Assembly: GCA_023539395.1 (NCBI GenBank) | Contig: JAKCEX010000005.1 | Span: forward strand, 1-54,137 | Direction: 5' to 3' | Length of the DNA stretch: 54,137 nucleotides | Source of the DNA: Candidatus Geocrenenecus arthurdayi | GTDB lineage: Archaea > Thermoproteota > Nitrososphaeria_A > Caldarchaeales > Wolframiiraptoraceae | Shown here: one piece after another, positions 37,536 to 45,744 of the stretch | Numbering within the stretch: position 1 is the first letter of the stretch | Layout: each line of letters starts with the position of its first letter | Translations under genes and position numbers: made by a program | The notes under the pieces: generated by a model | The model's database searches: none | What the model saw: the letters and a program-made list of their open reading frames with translations, nothing else | Told to the model about the DNA's origin: nothing

Positions 37536-37629
37536 TGCTTTAGAGAATCAATTTAAATAACTATGCAAGGTCGATTTTGTGGTTTAACTATTTATTCCAC
37601 TAAATACTTGGATAATGTAGTGAGCGATA

Positions 37630-38415
37630 ATGATAAGTCAGATACAGCCTGCAACACTTTTCCTCTTATTCTTCCTATTAATATTCATAATAATCATCAT
37701 ATCATCTTCTATAAAGATTGTTACAGAGTATGAGAGGGTAGTAATCTTCAGAGTTGGGAGGCTGAAGGGTGCTAAGGGTCCTGGACTAGTAATAATCCTT
37801 CCAATAATTGATAGGAGGAGGATAATTGATTTAAGGCTGCTTACAATGGATGTACCAAAGCAGAGGATAATTACCAAGGATAACGTTACTGTGGATGTTG
37901 ATGCAGTTGTATACTTTAGAGTAAGCGACCCTATCGCAGCAGCAGTCAAGGTAAAAGACTACGTTATGGCTTCCAGCCTTCTAGCTCAGACAACCCTTAG
38001 AGACGTTATAGGTCAAGTAGAATTAGATGAGCTACTCAGTAAAAGAGAAGAGTTGAGTAAGAGGGTGCAGGCAATCCTTGATGAATTAACTGAAGCTTGG
38101 GGTGTTAAAGTTACAGCTGTTGCTATAAGAGATGTTATAATTCCCGAGGCCATGCAGAGAGCTATGGCTAAACAAGCTGAAGCTGAAAGAGAGAGAAGGA
38201 GTAGAGTGATAATGGCTGAAGGTGAGCTTGAAGCTGCTAAGAAGATGGCTGAAGCAGCAGAATACTATACTAAGAGCCCGATAGCATTAAGATTAAGAGA
38301 ACTCCAAACTTGGAGTGAGATAGCTAGAGAAAAGAACATGATCGTTGTAACTGAGAGTACTTCCTCTCAGCTTGGAACACTTCTTGGAGTAATAAAAAGT
38401 GAGAAGAAAGAATGA
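37630..38415 (+). CDS. stomatin/prohibitin-like SPFH (band 7) protein
   Basis: N-terminal TM helix, an SPFH core (YERVVIFRVGRL...DVPKQRIITKDNVTVDVDAVVYFRV), and an Ala/Glu-rich coiled coil QRAMAKQAEAERERR. Confidence 0.9.
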   Translation: MISQIQPATLFLLFFLLIFIIIIISSSIKIVTEYERVVIFRVGRLKGAKGPGLVIILPIIDRRRIIDLRLLTMDVPKQRIITKDNVTVDVDAVVYFRVSDPIAAAVKVKDYVMASSLLAQTTLRDVIGQVELDELLSKREELSKRVQAILDELTEAWGVKVTAVAIRDVIIPEAMQRAMAKQAEAERERRSRVIMAEGELEAAKKMAEAAEYYTKSPIALRLRELQTWSEIAREKNMIVVTESTSSQLGTLLGVIKSEKKE

Positions 38416-39716
38416 AGAAGATCTACGACCTCATCCCGCTTATACTCTTATTTCTAGCTTTACTAATTTACTCCCCTAGCTTAGTGGGTGAGCAATCTAG
38501 AGTAGCTTGGTTAAAGATTGAAGGATACATCTCCCCTGCAACTATCGAGTATATCAAGATGACCATCGTTGAGAACCACTATGACTATGATATATTCCTA
38601 ATAACCCTTGATACATTGGGAGGAGAAGCAGAAGCTACGTTAGAGATCATCAAAGTAATCCAAGCCTCTGAGAAACCTGTTCTCTGCTTAGTCTACCCTG
38701 AAGGTGCAAATGCTATGTCTGCTGGAACATACATATTAATGGCGTGTAGAATTGCAGGCATGGCCCCATATACGCAGATCGGTGCATGCCAACCAGTAGT
38801 AGCAGGTGTTCCAAGCAATGATACTAAAACCATAAATTTCCTATCTGAAAAAATAGCATCCCTCGCAAAAATGAATAATAGGAATGAATCTATTGCAAGA
38901 CTCTTCGTAACTAAGAATCTAGTTCTAGGACCCGAAGAAGCATTACAGAAGAATATAATAGAAGTTATAGCTAGAAGCCCAAGAGAATTCCTAGAGAAGA
39001 TAGATGGATGGGAGATAGCCGTTAGAGATAGAAAATTAACATTAAACACGAAAGATAGCTTATTGGTAGAAGTTGATAAACCGTTAAAAGTACACTTTAT
39101 GGAGTTCTTCTCAAACCCCTTGATCTCATCCATTCTCCTCGCAGTCGGGGTAATGACTCTCATTCTTGGGTTTGCCTCACCAGGCTGGGGAGCGGAAGTA
39201 GCAGGAGGGATACTCATACTTCTAGGATTAATAGGTCAGGGATTTGATGTAAATCTGGTGGGCTTACTATTAGTAGGGATAGGTGGAGCATTGTTAGTAT
39301 ATGAAGTCTTTTCTCATACATTCGGAGCAGCTGCTGTTGGAGGAATACTATCATTGAGTATAGGTATAATATTGATGGCTGGCTCACCCCCTAGACAACA
39401 GTTTGTTTCCCAGATATGGTTTAGTGAACTTATAACAACTATTTCAATAGTAATGATAATAGTCTCAGTCTTCTTTGGCTTCCTAATCTATAAAGCTATT
39501 CAAACAGTACGGAGCAAACCCTACCTGAAAGAAGTACCCAGCGAATATGGTAGAGCAGTAGACCTGCTCGCCCCTGGAGTAGAAGGATACGTTAGAATTG
39601 GTGGAGAGCTTTGGAAAGCACTATCTAAGAGAGAAGTAAAACCTGGAGAAAGAATAAGAGTCATCGGAAAGATTGGAGACGTATTACTTGTTGAGGCGGT
39701 AGAAGAAGAAAAATGA
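38412..39716 (+). CDS. NfeD-family membrane-bound ClpP-class serine protease (stomatin operon partner)
   Basis: TLDTLGGEAEA...GANAMSAGTYILMA...MAPYTQIGACQPV protease domain, a central block of 4-5 TM helices, and a C-terminal OB NfeD domain (GYVRIGGELWKA...GERIRVIGKIGDVLLVE). ATGA overlap with the stomatin gene. Confidence 0.85.
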   Translation: MKKIYDLIPLILLFLALLIYSPSLVGEQSRVAWLKIEGYISPATIEYIKMTIVENHYDYDIFLITLDTLGGEAEATLEIIKVIQASEKPVLCLVYPEGANAMSAGTYILMACRIAGMAPYTQIGACQPVVAGVPSNDTKTINFLSEKIASLAKMNNRNESIARLFVTKNLVLGPEEALQKNIIEVIARSPREFLEKIDGWEIAVRDRKLTLNTKDSLLVEVDKPLKVHFMEFFSNPLISSILLAVGVMTLILGFASPGWGAEVAGGILILLGLIGQGFDVNLVGLLLVGIGGALLVYEVFSHTFGAAAVGGILSLSIGIILMAGSPPRQQFVSQIWFSELITTISIVMIIVSVFFGFLIYKAIQTVRSKPYLKEVPSEYGRAVDLLAPGVEGYVRIGGELWKALSKREVKPGERIRVIGKIGDVLLVEAVEEEK

Positions 39717-40408
39717 AGATAATAGATGACCCTTCACTGAGAGAGAAGATAAAAATATTTAGAGATAGAGTAGATGCAGCTGAAAAACTTGCTGAGAGAT
39801 TATCAGAGTATAAAGATAGAACGGATGCAGTGGTCTTAGCCATACCCTCAGGTGGTGCCCCCATAGGGTTAATTTTATCTAGAAAGCTTAATCTAGATTT
39901 TAATCTTGTAATGGTTAGAAAGATCCATCTACCATGGAATCCTGAAGCGGGTTTCGGAGCGGTAGCCTGGGATGGAACATATCTACTAAATCATGAACTT
40001 GTCGAGTTAACTCAGCTTTCTCCAAACATTATTGCTAAGTGCATATCTAATGAGATAAATGAGATAAAATTTCAGATGAGAGAATGGGGGCTAATAGAAT
40101 ATAACTTGGACGTTAAAGATAAAGTTGCTATAATTACAGATGATGGATTAGCATCTGGATACACTATGTCTGTTGCAGTAGAAACGGTGAAGAAAAGAGG
40201 AAGTAAACAAGTAATAGTAGCTGTTCCAACGGGTTCATCTGAAGCATTGAGAATGCTACATGATAAAGTAGACGTGATTATATGTTTAAATGTAAGGTCT
40301 GGCAGAGTTTTCGCTGTTGCTGATGCATATATTGAGTGGAGAGACATATCACATGATGAAGTTAAGAACCTGCTAGCAGAATACAATTATGCAAGGAAGT
40401 TAAGATAA
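39713..40408 (+). CDS. phosphoribosyltransferase-fold protein (type I PRTase)
   Basis: AVVLAIPSGGAPIG, plus the PRPP loop VAIITDDGLASGYTM. ATGA overlap with the NfeD stop. Confidence 0.75.
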   Translation: MKIIDDPSLREKIKIFRDRVDAAEKLAERLSEYKDRTDAVVLAIPSGGAPIGLILSRKLNLDFNLVMVRKIHLPWNPEAGFGAVAWDGTYLLNHELVELTQLSPNIIAKCISNEINEIKFQMREWGLIEYNLDVKDKVAIITDDGLASGYTMSVAVETVKKRGSKQVIVAVPTGSSEALRMLHDKVDVIICLNVRSGRVFAVADAYIEWRDISHDEVKNLLAEYNYARKLR

Positions 40409-40439
40409 TTCATATATAAGCTGGAAGCCTTCCTTACTG

Positions 40440-41273
40440 ATGGTTATGGAGTACAGGAGGCTAGGGAAGACAAACGTATACATACCAGTGATTGGTTTCG
40501 GAACATGGGAGATAGGTGGGAGATTTACTCCAGACTACTCAGCAGATAAGCAAGCTATAGAGATAATCAAGCTTGCAATCAACAAAGGTATAACATTCAT
40601 AGATACGGCGGAGGTATATGGAGCAGGGCATTCCGAAGAAATCGTTGGAGAAGCTATTAAAGAATTTAGTAGAGATGATGTTTTCATAGCTACAAAAGTT
40701 TGGAGCTCCAATCTTAGATATAATGATGTATTAAAAGCAATAGAAGGCAGCTTAAATAGGCTCAAGATAGAATACGTTGACTTATACCAGATCCACTGGC
40801 CTAATCCAGGTATACCTTTGAGAGATACTATGAAAGCTATGGAGAAGCTGGTAATAGAAGGGAAGACACGGTTCATAGGGGTAAGCAACTTCTCAGTAAG
40901 AGACATGGAAGAAGCAATGTCGTATCTTTCACATACAGATATAGTATCGAATCAAGTCCTCTATAACGTCATCGATAAGGGAATCGAAGACAAAATACTA
41001 CCATTCTGTAAAGAGAATAACATCACAGTTATTGCGTATAGACCTTTATCTAAAGGGTTAGTAGCCCAAGAACCATACAAGAGTAGGTTAGAGAGTATTG
41101 GGAGAAAATATGGTAAGACGGCAGTACAAGTAGCTATAAACTGGGTGCTTAGACATGATAATGTAGTAGCTATACCTAGAACAATGAACCCGCAGCATCT
41201 AGAAGAAATACTAGGCTCAATCGGTTGGAGAATGAGTAGAGAAGACTATGAAGAAATATCAAGAATAATTTAA
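40440..41273 (+). CDS. aldo/keto reductase
   Basis: RLGKTNVYIPVIGFGTW, FIDTAEVYGAGHSEE, LYQIHWP and GVSNF blocks. Paralogue of 6440..7483. Confidence 0.9.
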   Translation: MVMEYRRLGKTNVYIPVIGFGTWEIGGRFTPDYSADKQAIEIIKLAINKGITFIDTAEVYGAGHSEEIVGEAIKEFSRDDVFIATKVWSSNLRYNDVLKAIEGSLNRLKIEYVDLYQIHWPNPGIPLRDTMKAMEKLVIEGKTRFIGVSNFSVRDMEEAMSYLSHTDIVSNQVLYNVIDKGIEDKILPFCKENNITVIAYRPLSKGLVAQEPYKSRLESIGRKYGKTAVQVAINWVLRHDNVVAIPRTMNPQHLEEILGSIGWRMSREDYEEISRII

Positions 41274-41274
41274 T

Positions 41275-41331
41275 GGTCAGGCTGCCCCATAATCTTCACC
41301 TCTCAGAGGACTGATATTACATCATCATCCC
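41275..41331 (-). ncRNA. C/D box sRNA candidate
   Basis: The minus strand reads GGG-ATGATGATGT (overlapping C boxes ATGATGA/ATGATGT)-AATATCAGTCCT(12)-CTGA(D')-GAG-GTGAAGA(C')-TTATGGGGCAGC(12)-CTGA(D). The 12-4-3-7-12-4 spacing is canonical. The terminal stem is weak. Confidence 0.55.
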
Positions 41332-41398
41332 ATAATGCATCTCTACCCATAACTACCTCATATACTGTTTCCAGAACAGGTGAAAAGTAGATTAGGAT

Positions 41399-41459
41399 AG
41401 GGCTTCAGAGCTTTTGACCTTCATCATTAAATCTGGCAGCCAGGATTCATCATTGCCCC
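41399..41459 (-). ncRNA. C/D box sRNA (canonical architecture)
   Basis: The minus strand reads GGGGC-A-ATGATGA(C)-ATCCTGGCTGCC(12)-AGAT(D')-TTA-ATGATGA(C')-AGGTCAAAAGCT(12)-CTGA(D)-A-GCCCT. Two perfect RUGAUGA boxes, exact 12-nt guides, and a 4-5 bp terminal stem. Confidence 0.75.
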
Positions 41460-41484
41460 AAATAAGATAGACTAATCAGGCTAG

Positions 41485-41492
41485 AATTAAAT
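41485..41492 (-). promoter_or_regulatory. TATA-like box for the 41399..41459 sRNA
   Basis: The minus strand reads ATTTAATT, ending about 25 nt upstream of the sRNA 5' stem. Confidence 0.35.
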
Positions 41493-41749
41493 CTTTAAAC
41501 TCGATTTATGGTCTTTGATAAAAGGAGTGTGAGTATTTCTTTACATTGAAATTAGAGATCTAGGGTATGAATCGGCATAACATGATTAGAGGGTGAGAGC
41601 TTGATATCTGGAAGACTCATTATTTGCAATCTATGACTCTTGAAGTGGCTGGATTAATATCTGTAAAGACTTATTCGACCCCCAGAGTAAGATCTTGTCA
41701 GGCATACATTACTAGATAAAGGTATTTGTATTCATTAGTAATTGTTTGG

Positions 41750-43141
41750 TTACTGTGCAGATCTGATAGCGTCTACGATTAGCTTCTTTCCATATTCAAC
41801 TATTTCTCTTAATCTTTCTTCGGTGACTGCTTCTGCAGACATTTTTATCTGAGGCATAGTATTAGATGGTCTAATGAGTATCCATCCATCCTTGAAGTAT
41901 GCTTTTACGCCATCCAGTCTATTTATCTCTAATCCTTCATTTGAGAGTTTTTCAGCAATCTTCTCTACTACTTTTCCTTTTATTTCATCTGGGCAATCGA
42001 ATACCATTATAGGTGTTGATGGGTAGACTGGTATAGTATCAACTATTTCTGAGAGCTTCTTACCTGTCTTTGATAGTATCTCTATCATTTTCAAGACTGC
42101 ATAAATAGCATCATCAAACCCCCATACCTCTGAAAAATACAAGTGATTACTTTTTTCTCCACCTATTACTGCTCCAAGCCTTCTAACCTCTTTCAATATG
42201 TATGCTCTACCAACTCTAGATTCTATCGGCTCACACCCATTCTCAATTATGAGCTGACGAAGAGCTGAGCTACTATTTAGATCGTAGATTACCTTCCCCT
42301 TCTTTTCTAAATGCTTAACATATACTCCTAAGACTATGTCTCCAGGTAGGATCCTGCCTTTATCATCTATGAATACTGCTCTATCACCATCACCATCAAA
42401 TCCAACACCGAACTCAACATCATTCCTTCTTACAAGTTCTTGAAGCTCTCTCAACGTTTCTTCTGTCGGCTCAGGTAAGTGAGCTGGAAATAAACCATTT
42501 GGCTCACTATTTAATCCTATGACCTCTATGCCTAGAAGTTCTGCAATCCTTGGGAAAACAATAGTCGTGGCCCCATTAGAATAATCTACAGCTATTCTCA
42601 CCTTCTTCTCAATTTTTACCTTAGATAGTAGAAACTCTATATAGTCGGGTAGCAGTTGCCTCCACGTTTCAACTCCAGGTTTATCCGCTATCTTCCATCT
42701 ACCTTCTAAGACAATCTTTCTTAATTCTTCCATTCCAGCCCCTTCAGAGATTGTATCGCCCTCTGCTGTGATAAGCTTCATTCCATTCCATTCTGGAGGA
42801 TTATGGCTTGCAGTAATCTGTATCCCACCATGCATCTTCCACCAGACTACTCCAAAGTAACTTACAGGTGTTGGAACTATCCCTACATTCACTACATTAC
42901 ATCCACCTTCTCTCAATCCTTCCGAGATACTCTTCATAAGCTTCTCTCCACTCAATCTAACATCACGACCAAGCAGGACATCCCCAGAATTATCCAGCAT
43001 GCTTGCATAAGATAATGCTATAGCTTTAGCCAGCTCATCTGTTAAATCTCTTCCATATACACCTCTAATATCATATGCTCTAAAGACATGCGATGGGAAC
43101 ATACTTAAGCCGCTCAAGTACCGAGCCCCCATGATACTCAT
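41750..43141 (-). CDS. phosphoglucomutase/phosphomannomutase
   Basis: FRAYDIRG, TASHNPPEWNGMK (phosphoserine loop), GFDGDGDR (Mg loop), and GGEKSNH (sugar loop). Confidence 0.9.
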   Translation of the reverse strand: MSIMGARYLSGLSMFPSHVFRAYDIRGVYGRDLTDELAKAIALSYASMLDNSGDVLLGRDVRLSGEKLMKSISEGLREGGCNVVNVGIVPTPVSYFGVVWWKMHGGIQITASHNPPEWNGMKLITAEGDTISEGAGMEELRKIVLEGRWKIADKPGVETWRQLLPDYIEFLLSKVKIEKKVRIAVDYSNGATTIVFPRIAELLGIEVIGLNSEPNGLFPAHLPEPTEETLRELQELVRRNDVEFGVGFDGDGDRAVFIDDKGRILPGDIVLGVYVKHLEKKGKVIYDLNSSSALRQLIIENGCEPIESRVGRAYILKEVRRLGAVIGGEKSNHLYFSEVWGFDDAIYAVLKMIEILSKTGKKLSEIVDTIPVYPSTPIMVFDCPDEIKGKVVEKIAEKLSNEGLEINRLDGVKAYFKDGWILIRPSNTMPQIKMSAEAVTEERLREIVEYGKKLIVDAIRSAQ

Positions 43142-43266
43142 GGAGTTAGCTGATAATTATACATAGCTCCCAATCATATAGATGTATTACCCTCAAATTA
43201 GAGCTCTATTGTACACCTGAAAAACTAAATTAGTCGGATTTCAAAAATATTATTAAGTGATTGAGG

Positions 43267-43443
43267 ATGGCAAGAGAGAGAATAATAGTAGAATCAAAGG
43301 TAAGAGAATTACTACCAGAAGGAATAAGATTAGCATCTGATGCTCTTGATGGACTAGACTCCGTCGTTAAGGAAATCATAAAGAAAGCTGTTCAAAGATG
43401 CCAAGCAAATGGAAGAAAAACAATAATAAAAGAAGACTTCTAA
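43267..43443 (+). CDS. small histone-fold-like protein (DUF1931-type)
   Basis: 58 aa: ..VESKVRELLPEGIRLASDALDGLDSVVKEIIKKAVQRCQANGRKTIIKEDF. This helix-strand-helix pattern ending in NGRKT..EDF is as I recall for DUF1931/histone-fold proteins. Confidence 0.45.
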   Translation: MARERIIVESKVRELLPEGIRLASDALDGLDSVVKEIIKKAVQRCQANGRKTIIKEDF

Positions 43444-43481
43444 GATAACTTCGAAAAACACTCTACCTACTTCTTTTTCCC

Positions 43482-44609
43482 CTACTTTAATGTAGTGATG
43501 AATCTCTCTTTCAGCTTTTCTAATACTTTCGGCAGTGTTGTATACTCCATCTCCTCTAGCTCAACCCTTGCAGGCATAACTTCACCCATACTCCTCATGT
43601 AGAATGCTATCTTGGTAGCCAACTCCCTACTATAATCCCATACTGGATCCTCGAATAGATCGACAGGCTCATTACCTTCTACTCCAACCAGCATTCCATC
43701 TGATACCTGCCAACCCATCGCAATCACTCTTGGTGGCCCATCAAAGTAGCTGATAATATTTTGTTTTTTCTTAAAGCTTACAGGCATTAGTGGTCCATAA
43801 TGGCTCCCCCTCATCCATCCTGGGACGAGATGGGGGATAGCGAATGCTGAAAGTATCTCTCCTATAGCTGGAAACCCTGATTGAGCTCTAACAATAAGTA
43901 CGGGATCATCTTTCCCAACGTATTTTCCAGCGATATACGATAACCTAGTAGTAGATGCTGATGCAGCAGGTTCATTGTCTCTCGCTCTATAGACTCTTGA
44001 GATAACGTACCGGTTTATCGTACCTATCAAGCTTAGTAAGTCATATGTCTCTTCAGGAGTTTTCAATCTAACTATCCTGCCATCTCTCAAGTCCATTACT
44101 TCAAATATAAATCCATCATGTAGGATAGGGTCTATAACGAGTCCAGCTGTATTGAATGGGTCAGCAAATATTCTATATAGGATTAGATTCCAAGCTGCTG
44201 GGCTAGTCTTATCTGCAGCAAAGACTACTATTGGGTCTGAGCCTCTCTCCTCGAATTCTAATTCTGCAACTCCTGGCCCCATCCCCTTAACAGTTCCGCT
44301 AAAAGCATCTTTAAGTAAGTCTTGCCCAGCTGCATAAAGTTTAAGAGGTTTACTAACCTTCTCCGTGATTTCCTTGAAGACATTCCATGCAAGCTCATGG
44401 ACCTGAGCATTGTCTTCACCTTTATCATGAGTCATTACTAAACCTATATCATCTCCGACTGAGTAAACATAGTAGCTTCTGATTATTCTAGAATCCCTAG
44501 CTTCAGAAAGCTTCTTCCTCGCATATTCCAGCATCTCTTGGGTAGGGCAAGTATGCCCAGCAATGGAGCCAACATCAGCTTTTATAACCGAGACTGTTGT
44601 CTTAACCAT
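43482..44609 (-). CDS. fbp: fructose-1,6-bisphosphate aldolase/phosphatase (class V FBPase)
   Basis: The MVKTTVSVIKADVGSIAGH start and about 375 aa length are typical of the archaeal bifunctional enzyme. Confidence 0.9.
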   Translation of the reverse strand: MVKTTVSVIKADVGSIAGHTCPTQEMLEYARKKLSEARDSRIIRSYYVYSVGDDIGLVMTHDKGEDNAQVHELAWNVFKEITEKVSKPLKLYAAGQDLLKDAFSGTVKGMGPGVAELEFEERGSDPIVVFAADKTSPAAWNLILYRIFADPFNTAGLVIDPILHDGFIFEVMDLRDGRIVRLKTPEETYDLLSLIGTINRYVISRVYRARDNEPAASASTTRLSYIAGKYVGKDDPVLIVRAQSGFPAIGEILSAFAIPHLVPGWMRGSHYGPLMPVSFKKKQNIISYFDGPPRVIAMGWQVSDGMLVGVEGNEPVDLFEDPVWDYSRELATKIAFYMRSMGEVMPARVELEEMEYTTLPKVLEKLKERFITTLK

Positions 44610-44728
44610 TCAGCCTCAAGTATAATATTAGACTCCTTATGGATATATCTTTTCAACTCATATAACAAGTTATTTTTAAGATAAGTTTTAATTTAGGTCT
44701 CTAATCATGTACATTTAGGGGTTGGTTT

Positions 44729-45709
44729 ATGTCTGATAGAGAATCTACCGTAGCTGCTAGGGTCTCTCTACTCAAGCTTAGGCTATCGATGATAGGTGTA
44801 TGGGCCTTGGTGACAGCTTTAGCAACACTTATACTTGTAGCAGTCTTAACAGCTCTAGGAATACCTTTCTTCGGACTTTATGGAATCCTCGGATTCGTAG
44901 TATTCTTTCATATCTTCCAATGGCTTATTGGACCATACATTATCAATGCAGTCTACCGGGTTAGAGAAGTAGGGAGAGAAGAGTATCCATGGCTTCATGA
45001 AACTGTAGAGAAGCTATCTAGGAGAAGTGGGATGAATAAGCCTCCTAAACTAATGATCGCAGAGATAGATATACCTAATGCATTCGCATATGGTAGTCCA
45101 CTAACTGGAAACATGGTTGCAGTTACTAGGGGTCTCCTAAGAAATCTAGACCAAGAAGAAGTTGAAGCAGTAGTAGGTCACGAAATAGGTCACCTGAAAC
45201 ATAGAGATGTAATTGTAATGATGATGATAAGCATAATTCCAGCGATAATATACTACGTAGGGTATACTCTATATATCTCTGGATGGTTTGGAGGAGGAAC
45301 TAGCCGAGAAAGAGGAAACGGAGGAGCATTAGCATTACTACTAGGTCTAGGCTTAATGGTTCTCAGCTTCATCTTCAACTTGTTTGTCTTCTACATGAGT
45401 AGACTCAGAGAATACTATGCAGATGCACACTCAAGTAGAGTAGCGAGTAATGGGGCTAGAAATCTTCAGAGAGCACTAGTAAGAATAATGGTAGCTTCAG
45501 GAAGGATAAGTAGAAGGACTAGAGAAAAATATGAACAGTTTAAAGCATTTTTCATATCAGACCCAGAAGTTGAGATTAAAGCATATAGAGGAGATATCGA
45601 CAAACTCATAGAGGAAGTTAAGAACCAGAAACCAAGCATCTTCGAAGAGATATTCAGCACACATCCACATCCATCGAAACGCTTAAGATTCCTTGATCAA
45701 TTCATCTAA
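44729..45709 (+). CDS. htpX: HtpX-like M48 zinc metalloprotease
   Basis: VVGHEIGHLKHRD HExxH motif, four TM helices, and C-terminal FSTHPHPSKR. Confidence 0.85.
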   Translation: MSDRESTVAARVSLLKLRLSMIGVWALVTALATLILVAVLTALGIPFFGLYGILGFVVFFHIFQWLIGPYIINAVYRVREVGREEYPWLHETVEKLSRRSGMNKPPKLMIAEIDIPNAFAYGSPLTGNMVAVTRGLLRNLDQEEVEAVVGHEIGHLKHRDVIVMMMISIIPAIIYYVGYTLYISGWFGGGTSRERGNGGALALLLGLGLMVLSFIFNLFVFYMSRLREYYADAHSSRVASNGARNLQRALVRIMVASGRISRRTREKYEQFKAFFISDPEVEIKAYRGDIDKLIEEVKNQKPSIFEEIFSTHPHPSKRLRFLDQFI

Positions 45710-45744
45710 AAAGATGTGTAAATGATAAACTATTTTAAGATAGG

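Noticed and set aside
41582-41640. Plus-strand ATGATTA - 12 nt - TTGA - TAT - CTGGAAG arrangement resembling half of a C/D sRNA.
   Set aside because: The C' box is poor and no D box follows at 12-13 nt. No terminal stem is present.
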